Shown piece after piece: positions 1 to 8,806 of a stretch of DNA of 64,000 nucleotides. Each line of letters starts with the position of its first letter. Position 1 is the first letter of the stretch. Under the pieces are notes generated by a model. That model was not told the DNA's origin. It did not search any database and worked only from the letters and a program-made list of their open reading frames with translations. The DNA lies in contig CAZKRD010000001.1 in NCBI GenBank assembly GCA_964555185.1, positions 124,265 to 188,264 of the forward strand, given 5' to 3'. The DNA comes from an uncultured Candidatus Saccharibacteria bacterium (GTDB lineage: Bacteria; Patescibacteriota; JAQUNI01). A program made the translations under genes and the position numbers.

Positions 1-313
1 TAGTCACCTCATAGATATCCATATAGAAAGCATCAAGATAGACTGTGTGCACAGGCAGTTCATCAGGATCTCCTCCTGAGAATGCATCGCCCAATGCATT
101 GCCCATCTCGAATTCACCCTGTGGGATTAACACCATTCCTTTCTGGCTACCGATATCTACCCCTTCTACCAATTCATCTTTTGGGTCCATGCCGCTCTGT
201 TTCTGTATATCAACGTTGCTGGTATTGCCGCCCGGCGTGGTTGGGTTGTCACTGCCACAGCTGATTATTAAAAAAGCCAACAACATAGTCAAAACTACTA
301 TTATCCTTTTCAT
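1..313 (-). CDS. N-terminal part (gene runs off the window start) of a lipoprotein with an FGE-sulfatase/SUMF1-type domain
   Basis: Reverse-strand translation from ATG at 313: MKRIIVVLTMLLAFLIISCGSDNPTT... (signal peptide plus lipobox ISCG), then LIPQGEFEMGN...DPDELPVHTVYLDAFYMDIYEVT. This matches the start of the formylglycine-generating-enzyme fold consensus (IP.G.F.MG...E.P.H.V.L..F.I...EVT). Confidence 0.6.
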   Translation of the reverse strand, partial: MKRIIVVLTMLLAFLIISCGSDNPTTPGGNTSNVDIQKQSGMDPKDELVEGVDIGSQKGMVLIPQGEFEMGNALGDAFSGGDPDELPVHTVYLDAFYMDIYEVT

Positions 314-407
314 CCAGATCACTCCTTTTCATTGCTATCAACTAGATTTTGCCATTCTGGAAACTCTTTTTCACTCTACAAGATAAACATTCAAAAGTCA
401 AGTAATG

Positions 408-565
408 TCATTGCGAGGAGCGACCAGAGGGAGCGACGCGGCAATCTCCAAACAGCAAGAATGAACCATTTTACTGGACAGAGATTGTCGCCAATACCGG
501 GTGACCACCCAAAGGGTGGCTTCGGTCATCTCTCGTCAAGCTCGGGTTTCCCTCGCAATCACAGA
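408..565. repeat. Family-A inverted-repeat miniature element (GTCATTGCGAGG...GCAATCTC / GAGATTG...CCTCGCAATCAC)
   Basis: Left arm 'gtcattgcgaggagcgaccagagggagcgacgcggcaatctc' and inverted right arm 'gagattgtcgcc...ccctcgcaatcac'. The same family flanks the GIY-YIG gene at 61654..62090. Confidence 0.6.
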
Positions 566-584
566 AAATAAAAAGCCAAAATGC

Positions 585-662
585 CTTTATCTAATTTGTC
601 AAAAAAGAATATTTTCTACCGCTTCCGGAAATTCATTTCCGCTATTTTGAAGGTTCTTTAAA
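585..662 (+). pseudogene. Truncated duplicate of the 5' end of the giant surface-protein gene (26 codons, then stop)
   Basis: MPLSNLSKKNIFYRFRKFISAILKVL* versus MPLSDLSKKNILYRFRKFISVLLLVGVF... at 2094. Same upstream sequence. Confidence 0.6.
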
Positions 663-750
663 ACTATCAATCCTTACATTTTGAAAAGTGAGGAATAAAA
701 AAAGCCCAAGAGAGCAAAGGTTAGGAAAAAATTGCTTTTGGGCTATTGGG

Positions 751-1827
751 CTACTTAATTTCATAATCAGCCAGGAGATAGAGGCGGGTTTTCCCGTCAT
801 CATATTCAGACTTGACAAATCCCACTCCATTTCCGAGCCAGACGCAAAAGTCGTGTCTTTTGAGCTTAATACATCTAAATGTACCCGCGGGTACAGTGAT
901 TTTTTCTGTGCCCATAAATTGGAAGTCATGATAAATTGGGTGACCATCATCCGGTCCGCTGGGAATGGACGCAGCTCGAATCAGGACGCCATTCCTATAC
1001 CCATAATATCTTGGTGCGTAACTGTTGTGATCTTCCCGATCCGACTTTTTGACCACAACATAGTAATCCTGACCTCCAAAGTTTAGGATTCGGGTAATAT
1101 TTTCGATGAAGGTTTCCCAAAGCCCACCGTCAACAAAGTGTTGTGTTTTCTTCCAATTACCTACACCAAGAGGAAAATAGATTTGCCAGTCAACATCCTC
1201 CATACATGTAGGTTCGTCGCTTGCTTCACTTTCGAGTTTGGGATCTGGATCTGTATGCTCCTGTCCACTTTGTTCTGTTGCATCTGTTGCTGAAGCGGGA
1301 TCGTCCAACCAAACTGCTTGGTCAATTTTCTCCTGCACTGGAATTTTAACATCATCATAAACTAGATATAATTTCCCTTGTTGATAATCTGGATTATAGG
1401 AGGTGAACAGGCCAACAGACGCGTTTTGCCCTGGTTCCAGGATAAGTTTCGGAGGGGCGCCGCCGCGCAGACTGGGCAGGTGGTAGGCTATCTGCCCGAA
1501 AGAAAATTTGTCAACCGTCGGATCAAGCATGACCATATCATTGTCGTGATGCACAAATGATCCCTTAATGTCCTGGAACGCGAAATCTGACTCATAGATC
1601 GTGATTGTATCTGACCTTCTATTGATTATCAGGACATAGAAGCATATATCCACTACAGGTATACCCAGAAAGCTTTCGCCATGCACAGACTCAACCTTCT
1701 CGATTTTTATCTCTACGCCACTTGTACTACTGCTTGCTGTTTCTGCCGGGTTTTCCTCACCGCAGCCAATGATTGTTAAAAAAAGAACTAACAACATAGT
1801 CAAAAATATCCTTTTCATCCAGATCAC
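751..1827 (-). CDS. Hypothetical lipoprotein (358 aa)
   Basis: Long ORF. N-terminus MKRIFLTMLLVLFLTIIGCGEENP has a signal peptide plus lipobox. Its 5' end and promoter region are duplicated at 270..340 (paralogous signal peptide of the FGE-like gene). Confidence 0.6.
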   Translation of the reverse strand: MIWMKRIFLTMLLVLFLTIIGCGEENPAETASSSTSGVEIKIEKVESVHGESFLGIPVVDICFYVLIINRRSDTITIYESDFAFQDIKGSFVHHDNDMVMLDPTVDKFSFGQIAYHLPSLRGGAPPKLILEPGQNASVGLFTSYNPDYQQGKLYLVYDDVKIPVQEKIDQAVWLDDPASATDATEQSGQEHTDPDPKLESEASDEPTCMEDVDWQIYFPLGVGNWKKTQHFVDGGLWETFIENITRILNFGGQDYYVVVKKSDREDHNSYAPRYYGYRNGVLIRAASIPSGPDDGHPIYHDFQFMGTEKITVPAGTFRCIKLKRHDFCVWLGNGVGFVKSEYDDGKTRLYLLADYEIK

Positions 1828-2172
1828 TCCTTTTCATTATTATCATTAGATTCAACAGATTCAACCTATCTATAAACTCATTTTCACTCTACAAGATAAA
1901 CATTCAAAAGTCAAGTAATGTCATTGCGAGGAGCGACCAGAGGGAGCGACGCGGCAATCTCCAAACAGCAAGAATGAACCATTTTACTGGACAGAGATTG
2001 TCGCCAATACCGGGTGACCACCCAAAGGGTGGCTTCGGTCATCTCTCGTCAAGCTCGGGTTTCCCTCGCAATCACAGAAAATAAAAAGCCAAAATGCCTT
2101 TATCTGATTTGTCAAAAAAGAATATTCTCTATCGCTTCCGGAAATTCATTTCCGTTCTTTTGTTAGTAGGTG
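1782..2172. repeat. Copy 2 of the tandem-duplicated cassette; contains the intact start of the giant gene
   Basis: See 270..662. Confidence 0.85.
1917..2074. repeat. Family-A IR miniature element (second copy)
   Basis: Identical to 408..565. Confidence 0.6.
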
Positions 2173-5100
2173 TTTTTGCTCTTTCTATTGGTTTTCATCC
2201 CTTGCAGGTTAGCGCAGATAGTGATGACGCAATAAATAAGCGCATTGAAGAGGGCGGGTCTATAGGGACTTCTAGTTTATTTCAAGATTTAGTTGTGGGT
2301 CCGATTAGTTCGTTCGGCTCTATGCTTCAGAATTTCAAATACGGCGATGTGATTAACCTTATTCTAAAAAACACCCTAAACAAGATTATTGATCGTTTCT
2401 ATGATAAGGTGATTAAAGAATTTGAGGATAAATATCGGGTTAAAGACACTCTAACCCAATGGTGGCTGCCTTATGTTAATGCTCGGTTTGATAAGTTTCA
2501 CGGCTGGGTAGGCGAGCAAGTGGGAGGCGGGATGGAAGGGCCTCTCTTAGAGGTGTTTTTAGCTTTAGAGAATACAGTCTATAAAGGGGTGGTGGATACG
2601 GGCCATTATTTAGAAAACAGGCTTTTTAAGACATTAGAGCTTCTTTTAAAAGGAACCGGCGCGATTGTCGCCAAGGAAGTCGGTATGCAGGTGGGTACTT
2701 CTAATTATTTTAATTATGGATTCAGGTCTTTGGGCACGGATGCTTTAACCATGTTTTGGAAGGGAGAGGCAAAGGTCTTAGAGATGACGCAAGAGGCAGA
2801 AAGAGACGCTTCTCTTGATTACCTTACTTCTGATGCTTTAACCAGAGGCGATCAGGTGATGAACCAGCCAGAGGGCGGATTAAATCTGGCTAAAGAGCGT
2901 GAGATCAGGAAAAATTCAAAATATAATTTTAAGGAAATAGAAGATCAGATGAGCGAATGGGCGTATGAAAACGCTGGCGTTGGCAACGATCCAGCGCGTA
3001 AATGCGCGTATGCTTTTGAGGACGGATCTGTTTATAGAGTTACTGTGGGTTCAGATAAGCTTGATGGCGGAGATTTTGGATACAGCCATGTTCCTAATGT
3101 TCAAGGACCGGGGCAATGGGACATATTTCCCTATTCAGAAAAATCAAACTGGAATGTTTTGCGAATTTGGTCTTTATTTGATGATGGTTTAGCTGATCTT
3201 GTTTATGATGAAAGCGGAAAATTCCAAAAGATATTTTATTATGGCAGTACTGGTGCCCCCCAAGAGGTTCAAAGTTATGCTATCTATAATAAAGCAGGTT
3301 TAATCAAAATCTGGTCTTGTCGTCTTAGCGGCCCAGCGCATATTAAATACAAAGATGCTGGCTTGATTGAGAATATTAATTATTACGCGGACCCTAAAGC
3401 TACCCCGCGTTCAATCACGACATTCTCTTTTTCTTCCCGTTCTGGCTCGGTAACGGGCTGGACTGGCCTGATCGAGCGTCCTGGCCAGGCAGTGAAAAAT
3501 TATTTACAGGAATTAATTAACAGTCGTTTTGAGCGGGCAAATGATGAGAGCTCTAGTTTAACCGGTTTGGGCAAGGTGATGTATGATTTGATGGACGGGT
3601 TCACGGACGCGATTCAATTTGAAACAATCATTGAAGAAAGAGAGGGCCACCCAATGTATGGCTGTCCGGTTGGTTTTGATACGAATATTGACGATCTCTG
3701 GCAGGAGATGCGGCCTTTTGGCGACAAAGAGAATCCTTCGAGTTTTGACTGTTTGATGCGGGCGGTTGGCCAGATTGGCTGGGACATCTTTCCGACTATT
3801 GCCAAATACATTGGCTGTTTAGCGGAAAAATTGCTTTGCTGGATTTTCAATATAGATTCCAAGAGCGCGGAATCGCAGACTGTTCAATATGATTATGAGA
3901 CAGAGGTTAAGGAAGAAGGAGAGTGGGGCGAGAACCGCGCTGTCGCTCTTGATGAAGCGGGAGAGCCAATCAAAAAGAGAAATACTGGCCGCTTTACGAC
4001 AGAGAGTTTTTTAAGGTTTGCTGCCCAATATTTGATTTATGTTAAGTTGATTAAGCCCCACATGCCGGATGTGAGCGGGCTCGCGGGTAGTTTTTGGGAG
4101 TGGGTTAAAAATCAAGATTGGTTCCCTGAGTGGGGTAAAAGTCTTGGTGATGCCTTAAGCACCATTCTTGAACTTGCTGATGATTTTCTTGAATCCTGGG
4201 CCTGGGGAAAGGTGATAGCCTTTGCTTTGAAATTGCTGGGATTTTGCGATGATCGGTGCGAGGACAGGGAAAGTACGCCTGTGCCCAAAAAGCCAAAGCT
4301 TAGTTGTGAAGAGATATGCCAGGAATATCCTGATTCGGTTGTTTATACGGGCAACCATTCTATTTGGCACGAAGATCCTAATAAATCCGGCACTTTTTTA
4401 CGAGACGCGATTGGCGCGGACGGAAAGGAACTGGGCCTCGAGGAAAACAAGAATGGCGCTTTAATGGCCGGGACAGATAACTATTTAGGTATTGAGATGT
4501 GTAATTGTACAGAGGATACAGCGGCTTTAGGCTGGAAGTTTTCTCTCCAGTCTGATCAGAAGGATTTTGAAAATAGTTTGGATCCTGAATACAGAGTAAC
4601 ATCTGACCCTAAAAATGAGGTCCTATTAGAAAATAGTACAATGATGGATGGGAGTACTTCTTCCTGCCAGCGGAACAATCACTGTTTGATTCCCCGTGTT
4701 GTTTCCGCGGATTCGAAAAAGGGCTGGCGAAAATTCAAAATTGAGGTGGGCGAAAAGGCAAGAACCCGCGAGGTTATTTTTTCTTTGGTTACGCATCAGA
4801 TGGCGAATTTACATGATGATCAGGGAATTTTTGAGAATATTTATTATCAAACCGTAAAAACAGACGATGAAGGAAGGGTTATTTTCAATACAAACACTAA
4901 ACTTCCTGAAATAGACTTCAAAAAGCTTGATGATCAAGAAATCAGCTTCACTCTTCCAGTTAGAACAGAGACCCTTTTCGATATTATGGCTCCGCTATAT
5001 GACAGCGATGATGAGAACAAAGGAGACCTGCCTCTTCAGAAAATTTACAGAACTGATTTAGATGAACCGCCAGTCCTTGTCTCTTATGGGCCTGATACTG

Positions 5101-8024
5101 ACTTTTACCGGCCAGGCGCGGATTATACCTGGCAGTTATATTTGCGTAATAAAATCCAAGGCGCGGCTTGGGGCAATTTACCATCGCCGCAGGCAGAGGT
5201 TGATTCTGCCTCTCAAAGGGTTTTGCAGTCTAGTCCGAGTCCGAGTCCGACTCCTACTCCTGATACCCTCCCCAGCTGTACACTTTCTGCTAATCCTTCA
5301 AGACCAGAACCTGATCATATTGTGAATTTTTCAGCTAGAGTGACGGATGAAAACAATCATATCACTGATTGGATATTTGATTATGACGATGGCGCGTGGA
5401 CAAGTGGCGAGGGCAGTCCCGGGGCCGAGGCATCCTTTAGCCATACTTACACTGTGCCGGGAGGCAGTTATACTCCTGCCTTAATACTCAATCTTGATAC
5501 TGGTCCGGGTACGGTTGGTTGTATTACAGCAGTTGATGTTATTGGCCATGGCGCCGAATACGATAGCTTATATGGCAAATTAGAAGCAGTGCCCTACGGT
5601 ACAGAGAGTCAGGAAATGATTGATCGCTGTGTTCAGGGGATTAGCGTGGAGGATGCTCCTTTTCCAGATGATTATCCTGACAGGATTATGTTTATGCATA
5701 TGGGCAGGTATCAGCCTTCCGGCGCCGCTAATGCTATGATGCATGAAATCAGAGCTTATCAAGAAGAATGGCTAGAGAATTATAGGTATGAACATCCGCC
5801 AACAATGGCGCAGTATATGTTTAAGGCTAATTTAAAACTCAACGCGTTAGGACCGAATGTTGCTTTCCCGGGTATGCGCGATGAAATTTTTGAGGAGCTT
5901 GACACCGAATTTGGATATGGACCCACAGAAAATGTAATGAAGACCCAAGAATGGAAAGACTCTGTATATCAAGCATGGGAAGAAACCCTTACGGTTTATA
6001 GGATAACAGCAGGCGGCAGTCTGACCCCGATTACCAGGGACGAATTTGACTATATTCTTTCGATGATGACTGGCGATGTGGCTATGGGAGTGGTAACGGG
6101 CATTGGCCTTTTTCGCCCCAACATTGGTCAGGCCCTAGGGGCGATTCAGCTGCTTGGAAGGGGCTTAAAGTGGGTAATAAATAAGGTTGGAGGGGATTCT
6201 ACGAGCAGGCTTAGTTCGGAAATAGGAAAGGCCGGCCCTAGACAGCAAGTTTTAGATTTTGATCACAGTCAAAACCTTAATATTAACACGCATCGGGGCA
6301 AGTTTAAGATTGAGCTTAAGAACGATGACGATGAATTCTGCAACGGTAAGGTTATTCCTTTTATGCTTTATTTGTATAAAAATAAAGAGAAACGCCCGAT
6401 CAGCGCTCTTCCCTATAACTGGCTAATCGGCGAGCCGGAAGAGCCGACCCCAACTCCGACCCCATCCCCATCCCCAACTCCATCCCCATCCCCAACTCCG
6501 ACCCCATCCCCAACCCCTCCAAGCAATCCACTTGAGTTTGTGAAGTGTGAGGTTTATAAGGACGAGTGCCATCCTGACCGTGCATTAGAAGGTATTTGCA
6601 CAAATAATAATGGCATGATTGAGCCGGCAGAGACAGTTACTCTCAAGGTATATCTTAAAAATAAAACTGGAGGGTTTATAGAAAGCGAGGTGACTTTTAC
6701 TTCTATGAATCTCCCTAGTGAAGTTTGCGTGGGCATTTCACCTGGTGATGGCTCTTGTCCTGGCTTTTTGAACCAAACTTATTATCTTGACGGCGGCGCG
6801 ATTTTTGGTCATCGCTATCCATTTGCTGTTTCGAAATATTATAGCAAATCCTACTTGACTTTTCGTTTGCTCGGTGATATTGAAGGCAGCGGCGGCCAGC
6901 GCGCGATTGATGAGCAATTTATTGTAAATTTATATAGATCAGACAATGTCTGTGTATGGGGCCCTGATCCATCGCCAACACCGACGCCAACACCGACGCC
7001 AACCCCTCCTTCAGGGTACCCTGATTTAGTCGTGAAGCCTGGCGAGGAGTTTGGGTATAGGATGAAAAATGACAAAGATGGCAGTGGCGGAGTAACTGTT
7101 GGCGACGAAGTTGAGGTGTGGTTTAGGGTTACAAATCAAGGAACAGAGGATATGGACTCAGGAGATAAATGGGATATAAAACTGTATTCGCGTTATGGCA
7201 GTGGTAATTTTGATCATTTTAGGACATATACGGACCAGAGTCCGCTTGATGCTCCTAGCGGGAGCAGCTGGGATACTGTAGTAGTTTATTACTTCCCTAT
7301 TTTCGAGATCAGAGAGTCAAAAGATGTTTGTTTTGCCTTAAAAATAGATTCTGGTGATGATGTTGACGAGGGTTCTAGTGGAGAGAGAAATAATGAACCT
7401 GGCTTTAGCTCGCCTTATTACTGCATTCCGGTAGGCAGTACTCCGACTCCGACTCCTCCGGAGGTGAAGAAGGATGCTAAGATGAAAGAGGTGAACCTTG
7501 ATTCCGTAAAGGAGTCATCTCAAGGGGGTTCCTACACCTTTGATGCCGACTATACAATTGTCAATAATAGCCAGCCTCCGGATACGGCGATCGGCGGCGG
7601 AAGTGATGACTTTTACCGCAAGCCTACTTTAATGAAAGTGGATATTGGTAGAAAAGCCAGTGATTATAGTAAGACTGGGTGCTTCAAAGAGCTTGAGAAG
7701 CTTACTAATTATTCGAATAATAATAGAATAACGCGTTTGGATGAAAACGGCGATACCCAGTTTGTAAACTTTAATGATCAAGTTTATGGGCCTTGGGAAA
7801 GTGCTAGTTACCAAGTGAAGGCCGAGGTGTGGCACAAGTATGATGGAGATGATGATACCAGTAATAATATTTTATGTTCTGATCCGTTGAATATTTATAT
7901 AGGACCGTTACCGGCAGCCAATCCAGACAGTGAGCAGTCTATTGCCGGCGTAGCTCAAGAATTAACTTTAAGACAAAGAATCAAGCGGGTGTGGGATTAT
8001 GTTATAGACAAAGTCAAAAGATAA
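2094..8024 (+). CDS. Giant secreted or surface protein (1976 aa) with Pro-Thr/Pro-Ser linkers and PKD-like/CARDB-like segments
   Basis: Uninterrupted 5.9 kb ORF with an N-terminal hydrophobic anchor (ISVLLLVGVFALSIGF). Low-complexity linkers PSPSPTPTP, PTPTPSPSPTPSPSPTPTPSPTP, PSPTPTPTPTP. A PKD-like stretch (VNFSARVTDENNHITDWIFDYDDGAWTSGEG...SFSHTYTVPGGSYTPALILN) and a CARDB-like stretch (PDLVVKPGE...GDEVEVWFRVTNQGTEDM). Confidence 0.8.
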   Translation: MPLSDLSKKNILYRFRKFISVLLLVGVFALSIGFHPLQVSADSDDAINKRIEEGGSIGTSSLFQDLVVGPISSFGSMLQNFKYGDVINLILKNTLNKIIDRFYDKVIKEFEDKYRVKDTLTQWWLPYVNARFDKFHGWVGEQVGGGMEGPLLEVFLALENTVYKGVVDTGHYLENRLFKTLELLLKGTGAIVAKEVGMQVGTSNYFNYGFRSLGTDALTMFWKGEAKVLEMTQEAERDASLDYLTSDALTRGDQVMNQPEGGLNLAKEREIRKNSKYNFKEIEDQMSEWAYENAGVGNDPARKCAYAFEDGSVYRVTVGSDKLDGGDFGYSHVPNVQGPGQWDIFPYSEKSNWNVLRIWSLFDDGLADLVYDESGKFQKIFYYGSTGAPQEVQSYAIYNKAGLIKIWSCRLSGPAHIKYKDAGLIENINYYADPKATPRSITTFSFSSRSGSVTGWTGLIERPGQAVKNYLQELINSRFERANDESSSLTGLGKVMYDLMDGFTDAIQFETIIEEREGHPMYGCPVGFDTNIDDLWQEMRPFGDKENPSSFDCLMRAVGQIGWDIFPTIAKYIGCLAEKLLCWIFNIDSKSAESQTVQYDYETEVKEEGEWGENRAVALDEAGEPIKKRNTGRFTTESFLRFAAQYLIYVKLIKPHMPDVSGLAGSFWEWVKNQDWFPEWGKSLGDALSTILELADDFLESWAWGKVIAFALKLLGFCDDRCEDRESTPVPKKPKLSCEEICQEYPDSVVYTGNHSIWHEDPNKSGTFLRDAIGADGKELGLEENKNGALMAGTDNYLGIEMCNCTEDTAALGWKFSLQSDQKDFENSLDPEYRVTSDPKNEVLLENSTMMDGSTSSCQRNNHCLIPRVVSADSKKGWRKFKIEVGEKARTREVIFSLVTHQMANLHDDQGIFENIYYQTVKTDDEGRVIFNTNTKLPEIDFKKLDDQEISFTLPVRTETLFDIMAPLYDSDDENKGDLPLQKIYRTDLDEPPVLVSYGPDTDFYRPGADYTWQLYLRNKIQGAAWGNLPSPQAEVDSASQRVLQSSPSPSPTPTPDTLPSCTLSANPSRPEPDHIVNFSARVTDENNHITDWIFDYDDGAWTSGEGSPGAEASFSHTYTVPGGSYTPALILNLDTGPGTVGCITAVDVIGHGAEYDSLYGKLEAVPYGTESQEMIDRCVQGISVEDAPFPDDYPDRIMFMHMGRYQPSGAANAMMHEIRAYQEEWLENYRYEHPPTMAQYMFKANLKLNALGPNVAFPGMRDEIFEELDTEFGYGPTENVMKTQEWKDSVYQAWEETLTVYRITAGGSLTPITRDEFDYILSMMTGDVAMGVVTGIGLFRPNIGQALGAIQLLGRGLKWVINKVGGDSTSRLSSEIGKAGPRQQVLDFDHSQNLNINTHRGKFKIELKNDDDEFCNGKVIPFMLYLYKNKEKRPISALPYNWLIGEPEEPTPTPTPSPSPTPSPSPTPTPSPTPPSNPLEFVKCEVYKDECHPDRALEGICTNNNGMIEPAETVTLKVYLKNKTGGFIESEVTFTSMNLPSEVCVGISPGDGSCPGFLNQTYYLDGGAIFGHRYPFAVSKYYSKSYLTFRLLGDIEGSGGQRAIDEQFIVNLYRSDNVCVWGPDPSPTPTPTPTPTPPSGYPDLVVKPGEEFGYRMKNDKDGSGGVTVGDEVEVWFRVTNQGTEDMDSGDKWDIKLYSRYGSGNFDHFRTYTDQSPLDAPSGSSWDTVVVYYFPIFEIRESKDVCFALKIDSGDDVDEGSSGERNNEPGFSSPYYCIPVGSTPTPTPPEVKKDAKMKEVNLDSVKESSQGGSYTFDADYTIVNNSQPPDTAIGGGSDDFYRKPTLMKVDIGRKASDYSKTGCFKELEKLTNYSNNNRITRLDENGDTQFVNFNDQVYGPWESASYQVKAEVWHKYDGDDDTSNNILCSDPLNIYIGPLPAANPDSEQSIAGVAQELTLRQRIKRVWDYVIDKVKR

Positions 8025-8258
8025 ATATCAAAGCAGATTTACTTTTTTTCTTTTGCGATTTGATTTTAATTGACTTTGTGGATAAATTAAGCAACTCTTC
8101 TTGGCAGGGGTTGTTTTTTTATGGTATAGTAAATATGAGATTGTGATCCATTTCGGAGTGAAAATAAACAAGAATTAAAAAAAGGAAAAGAAATACCCCT
8201 TTTGCTTTTGGATTAGAAAAGCAGGGAGGGAAATTTTGGGTATTCAAGATAATTCTGT

Positions 8259-8806
8259 ATGCAAGGAAAGTTATGTCGTCGTCGTTCCATTAGATTGCCA
8301 GCATATAATTATTCTCAAGCCGGATATTATTTTGTGACGATTTGCACCCAGAATTTTTGGTGTTGTTTGGGAGAAGTTATTGCTGGGGAGATGAAACTAT
8401 CCGAAGCAGGGCATATGATTGATCAGAAATGGCAGGGATTAAAGAATAAATTTAAAAACATCAGGTTAGATCGATATCAGATTATGCCAAATCATTTCCA
8501 TGGGATTATTGTCATTACCCGTACAAAAATCGTCCCAGACTAGGTGATATTATTGGTGCATTTAAATCGATAACAACCTATAGATATATCCAAAATGTCA
8601 AAAGTAAAAACTGGCCTCGGTTTCACAAGCGTTTCTGGCAGCGCAACTATTACGAACACATCATCAAAACCGAAGAGTCCCTAAACCAATTCCGTGAATA
8701 TATTAAGAAGAACCCAGTACATTGGGAGAGTGACAGGAATAATCCTGATAATGTTAAGGTGAAATATTCCGCAAAAATTAAAACACAATGCGTAAAAATA
8801 AGTTAA
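8259..8806 (+). pseudogene. REP-associated tyrosine transposase (RAYT / IS200-IS605 TnpA family), frameshifted
   Basis: Part 1 (8259..8543): RRRSIRLPAYNYSQAGYYFVTICT...QIMPNHFHGIIVI (HxH motif). Part 2 is in another frame to 8806: RLGDIIGAFKSITTYRYIQ...RFWQRNYYEHIIKTEESL..YIKKNPVHWESD (catalytic Tyr region). The frames switch at the A5 run 8525-8529; six A's would restore one ORF of about 185 aa. Confidence 0.7.

Larger units (their letters stand above)
270..662. repeat. Copy 1 of a ~390 bp tandem-duplicated cassette (lipoprotein 5' end + IR element + giant-gene 5' fragment)
   Basis: Near-identical to 1782..2172. Shared strings include 'cttttcatccagatcactccttttcatt' and 'ttttcactctacaagataaacattcaaaagtcaagtaatgtcattgcgaggagcgaccagagggagcgacgcggcaatctcc ... 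atgcctttatct[a/g]atttgtcaaaaaagaatatt'. Confidence 0.85.

Noticed and set aside
5220-7460. Short tandem nucleotide repeats (ccgactccgact…) considered as a possible CRISPR or VNTR locus
   Set aside because: They are in-frame PT/PS linker codons inside one continuous ORF. There is no repeat-spacer architecture and no cas genes.
8085-8260. Possible intrinsic terminator (weak hairpin plus T7 run at ~8090-8125) and an extended -10 'tggtatagt' promoter at ~8133 for the RAYT
   Set aside because: The hairpin stem is only 4-5 bp with mismatches and the promoter call rests on a single hexamer. Too weak to list as features.
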